A stretch of DNA of 63,809 nt, filler included, from Myxococcota bacterium (GCA_049322255.1; 5 parts of 5 records of this genome joined end to end with filler, not necessarily neighbours in it); one strand, 5' to 3'; counted from the first letter of the whole stretch, positions 11,101 to 18,137 are shown. Translations and numbers: made by a program. Notes: a model not told the origin generated them from the sequence alone.

Positions 11101-13207
11101 TGGGACGTCCTTCGCCTGGCAAGGGGAGTGGTACCTGGGCAGGACGCAGCGCCTCTCAAACAAGCCCAGCCCATTTCGAGAGAAGCGCACGTTGGACGCG
11201 CTGGGGCAGCTTTTCACCCTGGAGTACCGCGCCCTCGACGTCTTTCCCGGTGGGCAGCCGGTGAATGCGGCGGAGGGCGCCTCCTACTGCGGAGGCAGCT
11301 GGAGCGCTGGCGACTGCGCGGGGCCGCTGCTTGGAATTGAAACGTTGCGCGACAGAATGGGGCGGGTGGCGTCGCTCCAGTGGGGCTATGGCCACCCGGT
11401 GTTGAATGCCGGCGGCTCGCGGGTGCCGGCGACACACCCAAAGCCCTGGAGAGGTTACGCGTATGACGAGCTCTCCCGGTTGACGAAGACGTGGGAGCAC
11501 CCAGGCGTCGGCAGCGCAGTGTCGACGTCGGGCCTTTTCACCCACTTCGTGACGACGCAACAGGTGCAGCAACTGGGAAGCGCTTCGGACGCGTGGAGAT
11601 ACCAGCGAGAGGCGACGGTGGGCGGGACGCTGGCCATTTCCCACGAAGTCACCAGCCAGACGAGGTGGCAGGGCAGCCGGGGAAGTGGCCACCAACTACA
11701 GACGGCCACGGTGGATGGGCAGGGACGCATTCTGTCCCACGACGCCGAGGGGCGCCTTGCCAGCGATGGAGTGCGCACCTTCGAGTACGACGCCCGGGGC
11801 CAGCTGGCGGTGGTGCGGGCGCCGACTGGGGCAGTGCAGGAGGCCTACGCCTACGACGACTTTGGGCGAATGGTGGCCGTCTTCACCGGCAGCGGCGTCG
11901 ACGAAAGCTTCCTCTACGACGGCGTGCACATGGTGGCCTCCTTCGACGGCCAGGGAGGCTTGGCGTGGGAGGCAAGGTGGGGCCCCGGCATCGACTCTCT
12001 CGTCGGGTGGAGAGACGTGGCGGGCGGCACAGGCACCCATGTGCCCTTGGTGGACAGCCGCAACTCGGTGGTGGCCAGTTGGAGTGACGCCGACGGGAAG
12101 CTGACGGAACGGGCCGAGTACACGCCCGAGGGGCGCGTCCTGCGCCGAGACGCCGCGGGAAGTCTCCTGTGCGAAGAAGAAGGCACCGGCCAGGTATGTC
12201 CCGGCGTTGCTGGAATGCCCTTTAGCTTCGCCTCGGCCTGGAAGTCGGACAGAAGCGGCCTCGTCTACATGAGAAACCGCTGGTACTCGCCTGAATTGGG
12301 AGAATTCCTCTCCCACGACGCCATCGGCTACCGCGACTCCTTCAACCTCTACGCCTACGTCGCTTTCGACCCCATCAACAAGCGCGATCCATTTGGATTG
12401 GTTGGAGTCGAGGTGCGTGCAGGCGCGCAGGCCACCGAAGCAATCGTGGCGCAGCAGGTGCTGAAGCAGTTGAGCACGCAGGCCCCGACGGTGGTGTCCA
12501 AGGTCGCACCGGCTGCGGTTGCAACAGCCGCTGGCTCAGGTTCAGCTGCCGCTGTTGGCACGACGGCGGCGGCTGGTTGGGGAGCGGCGGCGTTGAGCGT
12601 GCTCCGAGGGCTCGTCTCGAGTCCGGCCCTCATCCTCAATGTGCTGCTCTACACAGGTAGCCAAGACTGCACCACTGGCGCGGGATGTGGATCGCCGCTG
12701 TACACTCCAGGGCCGAGCCCGGCTCCGACGCCGATTGAGGAACCGAACGCTTGTTATGGCCCATGCGGTGTCCCAGCATCGTTCCCCGCTGGGCGGTCGC
12801 CGGCGCCGATCGAAGCTGCCAAACCGCCCAAACCGTCGCTACCACCGGGAATGACGGAGCGTGATCTCGGTGAACTTCTGAAGTGGCCCAAGTCTCGTAA
12901 CCCTGGAGGGCCGCCGCCAACGACTGAGGAACTCGCCAAGAAAGGTGTGACGAAAGAAATTCTGGAGAAGTGGAAGAAGTTCTACGAGGAGATCGCGAAG
13001 CAGTTCCCTGAGAATCCTTCAGCCGGAAAGCGCGTTCCCTACCTCGATGAATTGATCAAGAAGATGACCGGTGGGACATCTATGAACGCTGCCCCAGGGC
13101 TCGTGGGGATTCCTGGGTTGCCATCATCAACGGGACTCAGTTCGAGACCGAGTGGCGCCGGACCCGCACCGTCGGTGTGTCACAAGTCGCTCGCAGGCTG
13201 TCGTTAA
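2102..13207 (+). CDS. giant Rhs/YD-repeat polymorphic toxin-like protein with lipoprotein signal (3701 aa)
   Basis: GAGGAGG upstream; lipobox LAAC (Cys25); ZU5-like segment (GPHGMQFQEPVRIRF...TTHFSLF); beta-helix repeats; two Ig-like repeats (ARATDAAGNTS); FlgD-like WDGKD; DUF6531-like GDPILLGDG...FRRAYNS...LGSNWTHNWD; many YD repeats; Rhs core YMRNRWYSPELGEFLSHD...NLYAYVAFDPINKRDPFGL. Confidence 0.92.
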   Translation: MDTKRRSGRRWLLVVFAAVGTLAACQRKPAKPPGELEIGPGGAVLAAASALPGSSPTAQLVVPKSALEAKTRITARELPHPIPGAVGPVVEMGPHGMQFQEPVRIRFKPDTTKFPRGVAPSSLRVATLAGGKWRLLPTSFPEPGVIEGETTHFSLFGLVSPCLVSGIGVDFPLANCPNLNPRIQASAPVALWAMGGRQTLLIAVEAAPGASASSVTLTISGLRPSLTYHLLRDGQGPPVAVLADASGQLQTSESTAGRRYLVLMATHGSIDLDASSCVPPLGIWTSATSTCALTQDVTAPPIYIQQDGLTLDCKNPVTGQNHTIGGATRQSAGVSVITRTNVKVRNCNITNVDFGFLASVAHGLFISKVDVSAPPSAPGDVAFSLHGNGITVQDSSVDGFDFGVRTDNMDALTLKNTTFKTLSTATELAFVTNLFLEDVSVDGSLFAPGASAPVGAVILDNSPGATLKRVSVTQASAFDSAIAAVFDSDATVEAAFVSGANRGIRLDGPGPSRVESSTLTSNQEGLVLLGGTTVVFHNNLFGNSTRQVYAAGAIELSDTRAASPTFQQGNYWGRSCPGTLFLAGVDSSRADVVDSYPYGQASAWTAGGTPGCTSPPVLAAPLLTSPTPGALLATATPTFAGTAAAGATVEVREGGVTHGSATADSAGRFEVVPTVSLSEGAHTVVAKASLGGAVSADSAPLTFTIDTLAPSAPVLVFPTPGITLAESSLLGVGTAEANARVHLEEGAALLVDGMADAAGQFSLRVPWLAAGAHTLIARATDAAGNTSPASAPVSFTVTRAPTGVAGHLKLTSVYDAPDAFEPNAGESNTLHLEGTMTKPSGGGASTYFLLLARRVYSQATGALVRTLSAQQQLTFGSGNSPAAFSHDIGWDGKDTQGVVVPQGVYASVTTMRAVRQRAGGGNSSGCLSTTSTGGCVFDEVDVVTTVMLVATPVVLRPPAAAPGTSLIEVAQAVVPTAQGVLIIPESAFRAALASGHPAPADDAAKSLAVDVAGKGNDSAALGWVGALHTVGGPQSFSGQVFIVARNPKTSGAGRFVETDDYFVAGVKLSGSAPWIGAVEGVAVSSIGPAPASGCCGEPKKCAQTSPGGPGGCGPAGLCLSYDTKEVLPGGVPQGPTELAFYGSPEASGTIPSLSYSCLAKVFPLCAQAQPLCDPADYLTPGNGGGGGGSQACGPAEPRIAPPLGPPVADSCKYGLWEDPPPECGGWSPNFGALTWSASGLPPSCALMQTIEGSELCNPHSAELREARNFQMKFNVLTSGCAGQAGLVSSQLGGKCCGANCVCGEVALGQKGTATVKADVCTECDNTGATGQCREFAERVWFDSNLAANDTGDGTTVEVLCHCHWVDEQCICQGTDCAGVTCPAKPVVTNEVSPVPDEQGLNTGTPPEPEAPPETNPSQVAQKGPGGAGDPILLGDGSFDIQQTDLSFDGPVRPLEFRRAYNSRGGGRSTLGSNWTHNWDVRLVVLREGIAPSWVPAYCFGTRLEPTCLLLHEGDRGPQLFYSEYGTGLFLPQAGSTDTVAVVKPQGGWALRRADGSMLLFDADGYLRQDRDRFGNGFTIDYEKTPLGELYAHHCAESEVYSDKCAVLAYLVGDGARPDAVSPAWQVTASTYPISSLLDSAVQQRLLYAREYFLALLRTGPRVRQAFGAHAQRPSQIRDDTGRTLQFTYYQAPSASFFSSQGIEGMPHVELLHEVRGPAGTKAEFSYRKPANHPPLLGEQFLVKVTRQDSPSASHVDILAAPARTIDFAYQWPENSAPSYSPQNEQDVYSRYLDYYATFRGCAYTTQPGPCAKGTPQLTILPGNPALLAREAANEYVSDVADNIIQVTTSGKVESETRYDADPFSIEFDRVLAQRYGASQATQDVTKLPPDVLAFNWQSQLPRMVMEYRPAGIASGGDETDALLPAAIKSRYPVEDGSNFHPPEFHAGPNTASSLACRFDLVDVRRKLLPGYRKSLLYFEAASMPGPDDGLKRSALSCEALAFAQVADPTHNELVSKIEADSSTSDKRDALVSRVIGGRKRIAKDANRICAWSKVIDRDGDTRYFGLNYRGQVLVDALAERSGGYLFKERVYNADGNVIQDRRPTRAPSWSATEGYTSFEYHDNETGFVIDMTKLTYPFWVRRQHLLRVEERPKGGSVTDVAEGPALAVGQSVGRFQQYSYEPFFQQVLSFQEGALGPQSSTIHRSVVYDYDYQELDPDAPLGDSKSLLPVYLALAPFGFASLPAVPFAKVDLNGDGVLGFAHPPGLEHLKARGAVVRVTQRQTPTSSDSLVYTYTWAPHGQPASIKGPDGSTVRFDYYSLAAPYGNAAPPASADVSSSNRGFLGRIQVRRLDESYPLAYGPSAAPCQGLRGPYQWVLSGNCSSPSTELAGLGLHQAAIDQILAASGAAGASEALTTAFSYSVLGKVRHTWLPTGTMHAVRDADGRERVVTDVLGNQTEHQYDVYGFAIRTLRKDELGNPLGDTERRFDDEGQLLFECTETEAGGCNGTLASPNGVASEYAYTPEGQLFQAKDSEGLVTQHSYDERKLPSQTTLRPSSATAASRRVAYAYNDDGNIERVEYGLSSAQPLERLEEFFVYDGLRRLKEYADKRGYRWQLGYSSRDVLSRYKQDAAAYGFPGGAPAWETYLAYDVFGRLVERGDNGLSTTKYSLTKEGRVFAVEATGLAKSFTTYDFQGRPLWSVDGAGNQSLYTWRPAPHIETESSIRIDDTGARVATSLVRTLNALGHPLEETEGGGAQTRAWVFRRTAAGFVREVVNPEGFLTQVTRNFLGWPKEVREESSSAPGGFEIATYEYDSRGQAKRVVDPSGYVTQIFRDELGDVRRRVVEGSPTVDVFFDYDSLGRLSKRTSGVSTIGFEYDVRGDAVVEKLLPGGQLLSERAFDTLGRVVSASNYNPALSWLAEGARTVRQTLSYDGLGRVATDGLRVGGGALREVSSAWSLSAQNTWQRQNGYLLPGPFASSSWTQHFDGVGRLSEMDVLGRGTSFAWQGEWYLGRTQRLSNKPSPFREKRTLDALGQLFTLEYRALDVFPGGQPVNAAEGASYCGGSWSAGDCAGPLLGIETLRDRMGRVASLQWGYGHPVLNAGGSRVPATHPKPWRGYAYDELSRLTKTWEHPGVGSAVSTSGLFTHFVTTQQVQQLGSASDAWRYQREATVGGTLAISHEVTSQTRWQGSRGSGHQLQTATVDGQGRILSHDAEGRLASDGVRTFEYDARGQLAVVRAPTGAVQEAYAYDDFGRMVAVFTGSGVDESFLYDGVHMVASFDGQGGLAWEARWGPGIDSLVGWRDVAGGTGTHVPLVDSRNSVVASWSDADGKLTERAEYTPEGRVLRRDAAGSLLCEEEGTGQVCPGVAGMPFSFASAWKSDRSGLVYMRNRWYSPELGEFLSHDAIGYRDSFNLYAYVAFDPINKRDPFGLVGVEVRAGAQATEAIVAQQVLKQLSTQAPTVVSKVAPAAVATAAGSGSAAAVGTTAAAGWGAAALSVLRGLVSSPALILNVLLYTGSQDCTTGAGCGSPLYTPGPSPAPTPIEEPNACYGPCGVPASFPAGRSPAPIEAAKPPKPSLPPGMTERDLGELLKWPKSRNPGGPPPTTEELAKKGVTKEILEKWKKFYEEIAKQFPENPSAGKRVPYLDELIKKMTGGTSMNAAPGLVGIPGLPSSTGLSSRPSGAGPAPSVCHKSLAGCR

Positions 13208-13231
13208 ACTTTATGCGGTGGTGGTGAGATC

Positions 13232-13513
13232 ATGAAAGTCACCGTGCGGCTCCAGAACAAAGGCGATAGGGAGATCGGACTCGAAGTCGAGCCCTGGGGC
13301 GAGTACTACCGTATTGCACCGGGAGCACAGGTTGACTTAGTCATCGCGGGTCCCATCGTCGGTGAGCCAAATGCAGATCCACAATCAAATGGAGTTATCG
13401 ATCTACAGTACGAAACAGACCTGATTACGGTCTACGGATGGCGAAGTGCCGAAATCGAAGTCGTTGGTGCGACGATGGCGCCATGGCCGACAGGTACCGG
13501 CGAGAAGAAGTGA
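13232..13513 (+). CDS. small protein, candidate immunity protein for the Rhs C-terminal toxin
   Basis: 93 aa, 24 nt after Rhs stop, lower GC like the Rhs tip; beta-rich with LEVEPWG...YGW motifs; immunity role inferred from position. Confidence 0.65.
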   Translation: MKVTVRLQNKGDREIGLEVEPWGEYYRIAPGAQVDLVIAGPIVGEPNADPQSNGVIDLQYETDLITVYGWRSAEIEVVGATMAPWPTGTGEKK

Positions 13514-13710
13514 CTCCCAGATTGTCCGCGAGCCGAGCGGCGGGACGCCGGGCCCCATCGAGACGCCCGGCCTTGGTGCGGGGTGTGGTGTTCGCGCAAA
13601 GCCAGAACGGTCGTGGATCCGCGGTTGAAAGGCTGCGAGAAGCTGGTCGAGGGCGGCGAGCGAGCACACGTCTCGTGACGATGTGCGGGGGCATCAGCAG
13701 CGAGCATGGA

Positions 13711-13810
13711 NNNNNNNNNNNNNNNNNNNNNNNNNNNNNNNNNNNNNNNNNNNNTTAATTAATTAANNNNNNNNNNNNNNNNNNNNNNNNNNNNNNNNNN
13801 NNNNNNNNNN
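13711..13810. other. assembly spacer (Ns with TTAATTAATTAA linker)
   Basis: N run with all-frame stop linker at 13755-13766. Confidence 0.98.
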
Positions 13811-13814
13811 CATT

Positions 13815-14066
13815 CCGAGTGCCCGAAGCACCGTCAAAATGGTCGGGCGGCACCGAATAGGCTCGGGGGCGTCGTCGAAGTCGATTCGGCGGCGCCGGAG
13901 TGCTTGGAAGCGGCGTCAAAGTGGTTCGGGCGGCACCGGATAGGCTCGGGGGCGTCGTCGAAGTCGATTCGGCGGCGCTGGAGTGCTTGGAAGCGGCGTC
14001 AAAGTGGTTCGGGCGGCACCGGAGAGGCTCGGGGGCGTCGTCGAAGTCGATTCGGCGGCGCTGGAA
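13815..14066. repeat. 83-bp tandem repeat (~3 copies) with ~21-bp substructure
   Basis: GCTCGGGGGCGTCGTCGAAGTCGATTCGGCGGCG recurs at 13861, 13944 and 14027. Confidence 0.92.
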
Positions 14067-14143
14067 GTAATACGATGCTTCATCAAGGCTGTTGTGGCGA
14101 TGCCTTGGCCCAATGATTCACCGTCCGGTGGTTTGGGCTCGCC

Positions 14144-15319
14144 TCAGCTCTCGTCTTGGCGCGGCAGTGGACGGCCCACGAGCGCGATGACCGCCGCCTC
14201 CGAACGTTCGGTGAGCGCGATTCCGTCGCCCTTCTCTTCGGTCTCAGTCACGCGTACCACGTCGCCACGGCGTAGGCGGAAGAAGGCAGCGTTGGCTTCG
14301 GTGCGGTGTTTCTCCTGCAGTGCGAGACCCAGCCGCCCTTCGGGGCCGCAACCAATGTAGCGCTGACGGCCCTTACCCTCCAATGGCTCGGAGACGATGC
14401 GAAAGACTCTCCCCGGGGGAGGCTCACTCCACGGTTCGCCTTTGGGCGCGAGGATGAGGTAGCTCATCTTGAGCGCCTCCTTGTGGAGCGAGGCGGCGTG
14501 CGCGAGCTCCTCGACCACGGGAGGCATGCGCCAAGCGCGCTCGGCGTGGCACCAGTCGCTCTCCTTCACCAGCGCAGGGCAGGCGTGCCGCCACAGACAA
14601 GGTGCGCGCACCGCGTAACCTCGGGCCACCAGGACGTCGCGCACTAGCAGCAGCGCCCGGGAGGTTTCACGCAAGGCGGGCTCGAGCACCACCACTGAGC
14701 CGCCCTTCTTCACCTGTTGCAGCGCGCTCTCCAAAAGCTCCGCGCGGCGCTTCACCGCATCGGAGCCCTTGCCATACAGCTCGTTGAGCAGATGGCCTAT
14801 GGTGATGACGTCGAAGGTGCCCTCGGGCAGATGGCCGCCGCGTTCGGGGTCCCACAGGCGGGAGGCGAGGGCTTCCTCCCCTTCGGCGGCAAGCTCGCGG
14901 CCGAGGGTGAGCGCCCTCTGGCTTCGGTCGGCACACATGACTTCAGCGGCACCGGCATCCAGAGCAGCGAAGGCCAGCGGACCAGGCCCGCTGCCCAGGT
15001 CGAGCACCGCACGCGGCCGCGAGGTGAGCTCGCCGAATACTTGCCGCGCTTGGGCGTAGCTCACCGGCCAGTAGAAGAGCAGGTACGCACCCAACAGGCG
15101 GGGGTCATCCATGTACTTTGCACCGGCGAGAGAGCGTTCGCGGGTGAGGCCGAGGGAGAGCTGGCGAATGCCGGCGGCGACTTCCTTCACCTCGGGCGAA
15201 GTGAGGCGGTCGGGAGGGCCAGCGCTCCGGTTGCGCTCGCGCCGCCACACGGCGATGAGCCGTTTCATCCACCGCTCGAGGTCTTTGTCCTGTCCGGCGC
15301 TCACAAGCCCTGCATTCAA
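14144..15319 (-). CDS. Rsm22/METTL17-like SAM-dependent methyltransferase
   Basis: AYLLFYWP, VLDLGSGPG, VVLEPA, APCLWRHACP...WCH motifs; start uncertain. Confidence 0.85.
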   Translation of the reverse strand: MNAGLVSAGQDKDLERWMKRLIAVWRRERNRSAGPPDRLTSPEVKEVAAGIRQLSLGLTRERSLAGAKYMDDPRLLGAYLLFYWPVSYAQARQVFGELTSRPRAVLDLGSGPGPLAFAALDAGAAEVMCADRSQRALTLGRELAAEGEEALASRLWDPERGGHLPEGTFDVITIGHLLNELYGKGSDAVKRRAELLESALQQVKKGGSVVVLEPALRETSRALLLVRDVLVARGYAVRAPCLWRHACPALVKESDWCHAERAWRMPPVVEELAHAASLHKEALKMSYLILAPKGEPWSEPPPGRVFRIVSEPLEGKGRQRYIGCGPEGRLGLALQEKHRTEANAAFFRLRRGDVVRVTETEEKGDGIALTERSEAAVIALVGRPLPRQDES

Positions 15320-15360
15320 GGGTCGCGCTTGGGAGGAAGTCGCGTTAATTCCACACTTGG

Positions 15361-16356
15361 ATGATCTCCGTTCGCGACCTTCGCAAGCACTATCAGGTCC
15401 ACAAGCGGCCGCCCGGTCTCAAGGCAGCCTTCGGAGCGCTCTTCCACCGCACCTACTCCACGGTGAAAGCGGTGGATGGCATCAGCTTCGACATCCAGCC
15501 AGGGGAGCGGGTGGGCTTCTTGGGCCCCAACGGCGCGGGGAAGACGACGACCTTGAAGGTGCTCTCGGGGCTACTGCACCCCAGCGGGGGCGAGGTGACC
15601 GTCGATGGTCACGTGCCCCAAAAGCGCGAGGAGGCGTTCCTCAAAAAAATCATGTTGGTGATGGGGCAAAAACAGCAGCTTCTGTGGGACCTGCCGCCAC
15701 AGGAGACCTTCGAGCTCAACCGCGCCATCTATGATGTTCCCCGAAAGCAGTACGAGGAGACGATTGCGGAGCTGACCGAGCTGCTCGAGCTGGGCGAGTT
15801 GTTGCAAAAGCCCACGCGGCAACTTTCCCTGGGCGAACGGATGAAGTGCGAGCTGGCGGCGGCGCTCATCCACCGGCCGAAGCTGCTCTTCCTCGACGAG
15901 CCGACCATCGGTCTGGACGTGTCGATGCAGGCGACGATGCGCGACTTCATCAAGCGCTACAACGAGCGCCACCGCGCGACGCTCATCCTCACCAGTCACT
16001 ACATGGACGACGTTTTGGCCCTCTGCCCGCGGGTCATCGTCATCGATAAGGGACAGCTTTCGTACGATGGTCGTCTCGACGAGCTGGTGCGCCGCATGCG
16101 CCCAGAAAAGCGGGTGGTGTTTCACCTCACGCAGCCGATTGAACGGCCGGCGCTCGCCGCGTTGGGCAAGGTGGTGTCGCTCGAGCCGGCGCAGGCAGTG
16201 CTTCAAGTCTCGCAGGAGGCGATGAACCTCACCATCACCCGCGCGCTCTCCACGCTACCGGTCAAAGACCTCACGGTAGAGAACCCTCCGCTGGAGGAGG
16301 TGATGAGCGAGCTGTTCGCGCGCAGCCGGGCTGCCCAGAAAGAGGCGGCGTCGTGA
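15361..16356 (+). CDS. ABC transporter ATP-binding protein
   Basis: Walker A GPNGAGKTT, signature LSLGERM, Walker B LLFLDEPT, SHYM. Confidence 0.95.
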   Translation: MISVRDLRKHYQVHKRPPGLKAAFGALFHRTYSTVKAVDGISFDIQPGERVGFLGPNGAGKTTTLKVLSGLLHPSGGEVTVDGHVPQKREEAFLKKIMLVMGQKQQLLWDLPPQETFELNRAIYDVPRKQYEETIAELTELLELGELLQKPTRQLSLGERMKCELAAALIHRPKLLFLDEPTIGLDVSMQATMRDFIKRYNERHRATLILTSHYMDDVLALCPRVIVIDKGQLSYDGRLDELVRRMRPEKRVVFHLTQPIERPALAALGKVVSLEPAQAVLQVSQEAMNLTITRALSTLPVKDLTVENPPLEEVMSELFARSRAAQKEAAS

Positions 16357-17156
16357 GTGTTCGCTCCACTTGGCGCGCGCTGCCTACGGTGATGCGGGTG
16401 GGGCTGGCCGAGGCGGTGGCCTACCGCGCCGAGATGTTGGTGTGGGTCTTGGCCACCACCATGCCACTCATCATGATGGCGCTGTGGACCGCAGTGGCCC
16501 GCGACGCTCCGGTGGGCCGCTTTGACAGCCAAGACTTCGTCGCCTACTTCCTCGCCACCTTCATCGTGCGCCAGCTCACCGGCACTTGGGTGGCCTGGCA
16601 GCTCAACTACGAGGTGCGGCAGGGCACGTTGGCGCAGCGGCTGTTGCGGCCTTTTCATCCCCTGGTTGCCTACGGCGTCGAGCACCTGGCGGCGATTCCC
16701 ATGCGCCTGGTGGTGGCGGTGCCGGTGGCGTTTCTCGCCATCGCCTTGGTGGGGCAGCAGGCGCTGCCGCGCACCGTGGGGATGTGGGCCATCTGGTTTT
16801 TGTCCATCGTCGGCGGCTTTCTCATCAGCTTCTTGGCCAGCGCGGCGATAGGTACCTTGAGCTTCTTCATGCAGAGCTCCATCAAGGTGATGGAAGTCTG
16901 GTTCATGCTGTTCATGGTGCTCTCTGGGTACCTCTTCCCCCTCGACTTGTTGCCTCCCTGGGCGTTGACCGCGGTGAACCTCTTGCCCTTTCGCTACCAA
17001 ATCGGTCTTCCCGTCGAGGTGATGACCGGGCTGCACGACTGGAAAGGAGCGCTTTTGCTACTCGCTGGCCAGTGGGTGTGGGTGAGCGCCCTGCTCGCGG
17101 CCACCGTCCTCGCTTGGCGCGCGGGGCTTCGGCGCTTCGCCGCGTTCGGAGGGTGA
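16353..17156 (+). CDS. ABC-2 type permease (DUF990-like)
   Basis: Hydrophobic, YRAE..., EVRQGTL..RLLRP motif; 4-nt overlap with ATPase. Confidence 0.9.
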   Translation: MSVRSTWRALPTVMRVGLAEAVAYRAEMLVWVLATTMPLIMMALWTAVARDAPVGRFDSQDFVAYFLATFIVRQLTGTWVAWQLNYEVRQGTLAQRLLRPFHPLVAYGVEHLAAIPMRLVVAVPVAFLAIALVGQQALPRTVGMWAIWFLSIVGGFLISFLASAAIGTLSFFMQSSIKVMEVWFMLFMVLSGYLFPLDLLPPWALTAVNLLPFRYQIGLPVEVMTGLHDWKGALLLLAGQWVWVSALLAATVLAWRAGLRRFAAFGG

Positions 17157-17947
17157 AGTTGACACGCTACGCCCACCTGTTGCGCACCCAGCTTCGCGCG
17201 TCGGCGCTCTTGGCCATGCAATACCGCGCCGACTTTCTCATCGACGGAGTCGTCTCTGTGTTTCGCACCGCGGCGGCGCTCATTCCGCTCTTCGTGGTCT
17301 TCCAAGACCGACGCTCGTTCGCCGGGTGGAGCTTCGGTGAGGCGCTGCTGGTCACCGGGTGGTTCGTGCTCCTGCGGGGCATCATCGAGGGAGCCATCAG
17401 CCCCAGCCTCGTCTCGGTGGTCGACCATATCCGCAAGGGCACGCTGGACTTCGTGCTGCTCAAGCCGGCCGACGCCCAGTTTTTGGTCTCCACCTCGCGC
17501 TTCGAGCTGTGGCCGGTCACTCGCATCGTCACTGCCTTCGCCATCTTCGCCTACGGCTTTCACCTCATCGGCCGCCCGCCCAGTGTCTCCGGCACGGTGC
17601 TGTCGGTGGGCCTGCTCGCCTCGTCGACGCTGCTTCTCTACAGCTTGTGGATTCTCACCGTGAGCGCGGCCTTCTACGTGGTGAAGATCGACAACCTCGT
17701 CTACTTGTTCGACTCGGTATTCGATGCCGCACGCTGGCCGGCGACCATCTTCCGCGGGTTGCTCGAGGTGGTGTTCACCTTCGTCATCCCGCTGGCATTG
17801 ATGACCACCTACCCGGCGCAGGCGTTGCTCGGGCGTTTGCCGGGCGCCGCGTTCGGAGTGGCGGTGCTGGGCGCGCTGGTCTTCGCGGCCATCGCCCGTT
17901 TCATTTGGCTGCGGTCGATTGGCCGCTACACGTCGGCGAGCAGCTAA
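17153..17947 (+). CDS. ABC-2 type permease (DUF990-like)
   Basis: GTG overlapping previous stop; MQYRADF, IRKGTLDFVLLKP, C-terminal RYTSASS. Confidence 0.9.
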   Translation: MKLTRYAHLLRTQLRASALLAMQYRADFLIDGVVSVFRTAAALIPLFVVFQDRRSFAGWSFGEALLVTGWFVLLRGIIEGAISPSLVSVVDHIRKGTLDFVLLKPADAQFLVSTSRFELWPVTRIVTAFAIFAYGFHLIGRPPSVSGTVLSVGLLASSTLLLYSLWILTVSAAFYVVKIDNLVYLFDSVFDAARWPATIFRGLLEVVFTFVIPLALMTTYPAQALLGRLPGAAFGVAVLGALVFAAIARFIWLRSIGRYTSASS

Positions 17948-18060
17948 TGGAATCGAAGACCCTCGGGCTTTTGTTGGTGGCGCTCGGTGCGCTCCTGGTG
18001 GTGGTGGGAGGGCTGTTCTACCTGGGCGCGCTCTCGTGGCTCTGGCGCAGGTTTTTTTGA
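17947..18060 (+). CDS. 37-aa membrane peptide, possibly internally deleted DUF2905-like protein
   Basis: ATG overlaps permease stop; MESKTLGLLLVALGALLVVVGGLFYLGALSWLWRRFF. Confidence 0.5.
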   Translation: MESKTLGLLLVALGALLVVVGGLFYLGALSWLWRRFF

Positions 18061-18137
18061 GGGCCCCCGCAACCAACGCCCGCCCCCCGGGTTGAGAAAG
18101 GCCAGTGGGCCGAACCTCAACACAAGGGAGTGAAGCG

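Noticed and set aside
13815..14066. Tandem repeat as a CRISPR array
   Set aside because: Whole 83-bp units repeat with no unique spacers, and no cas genes are visible
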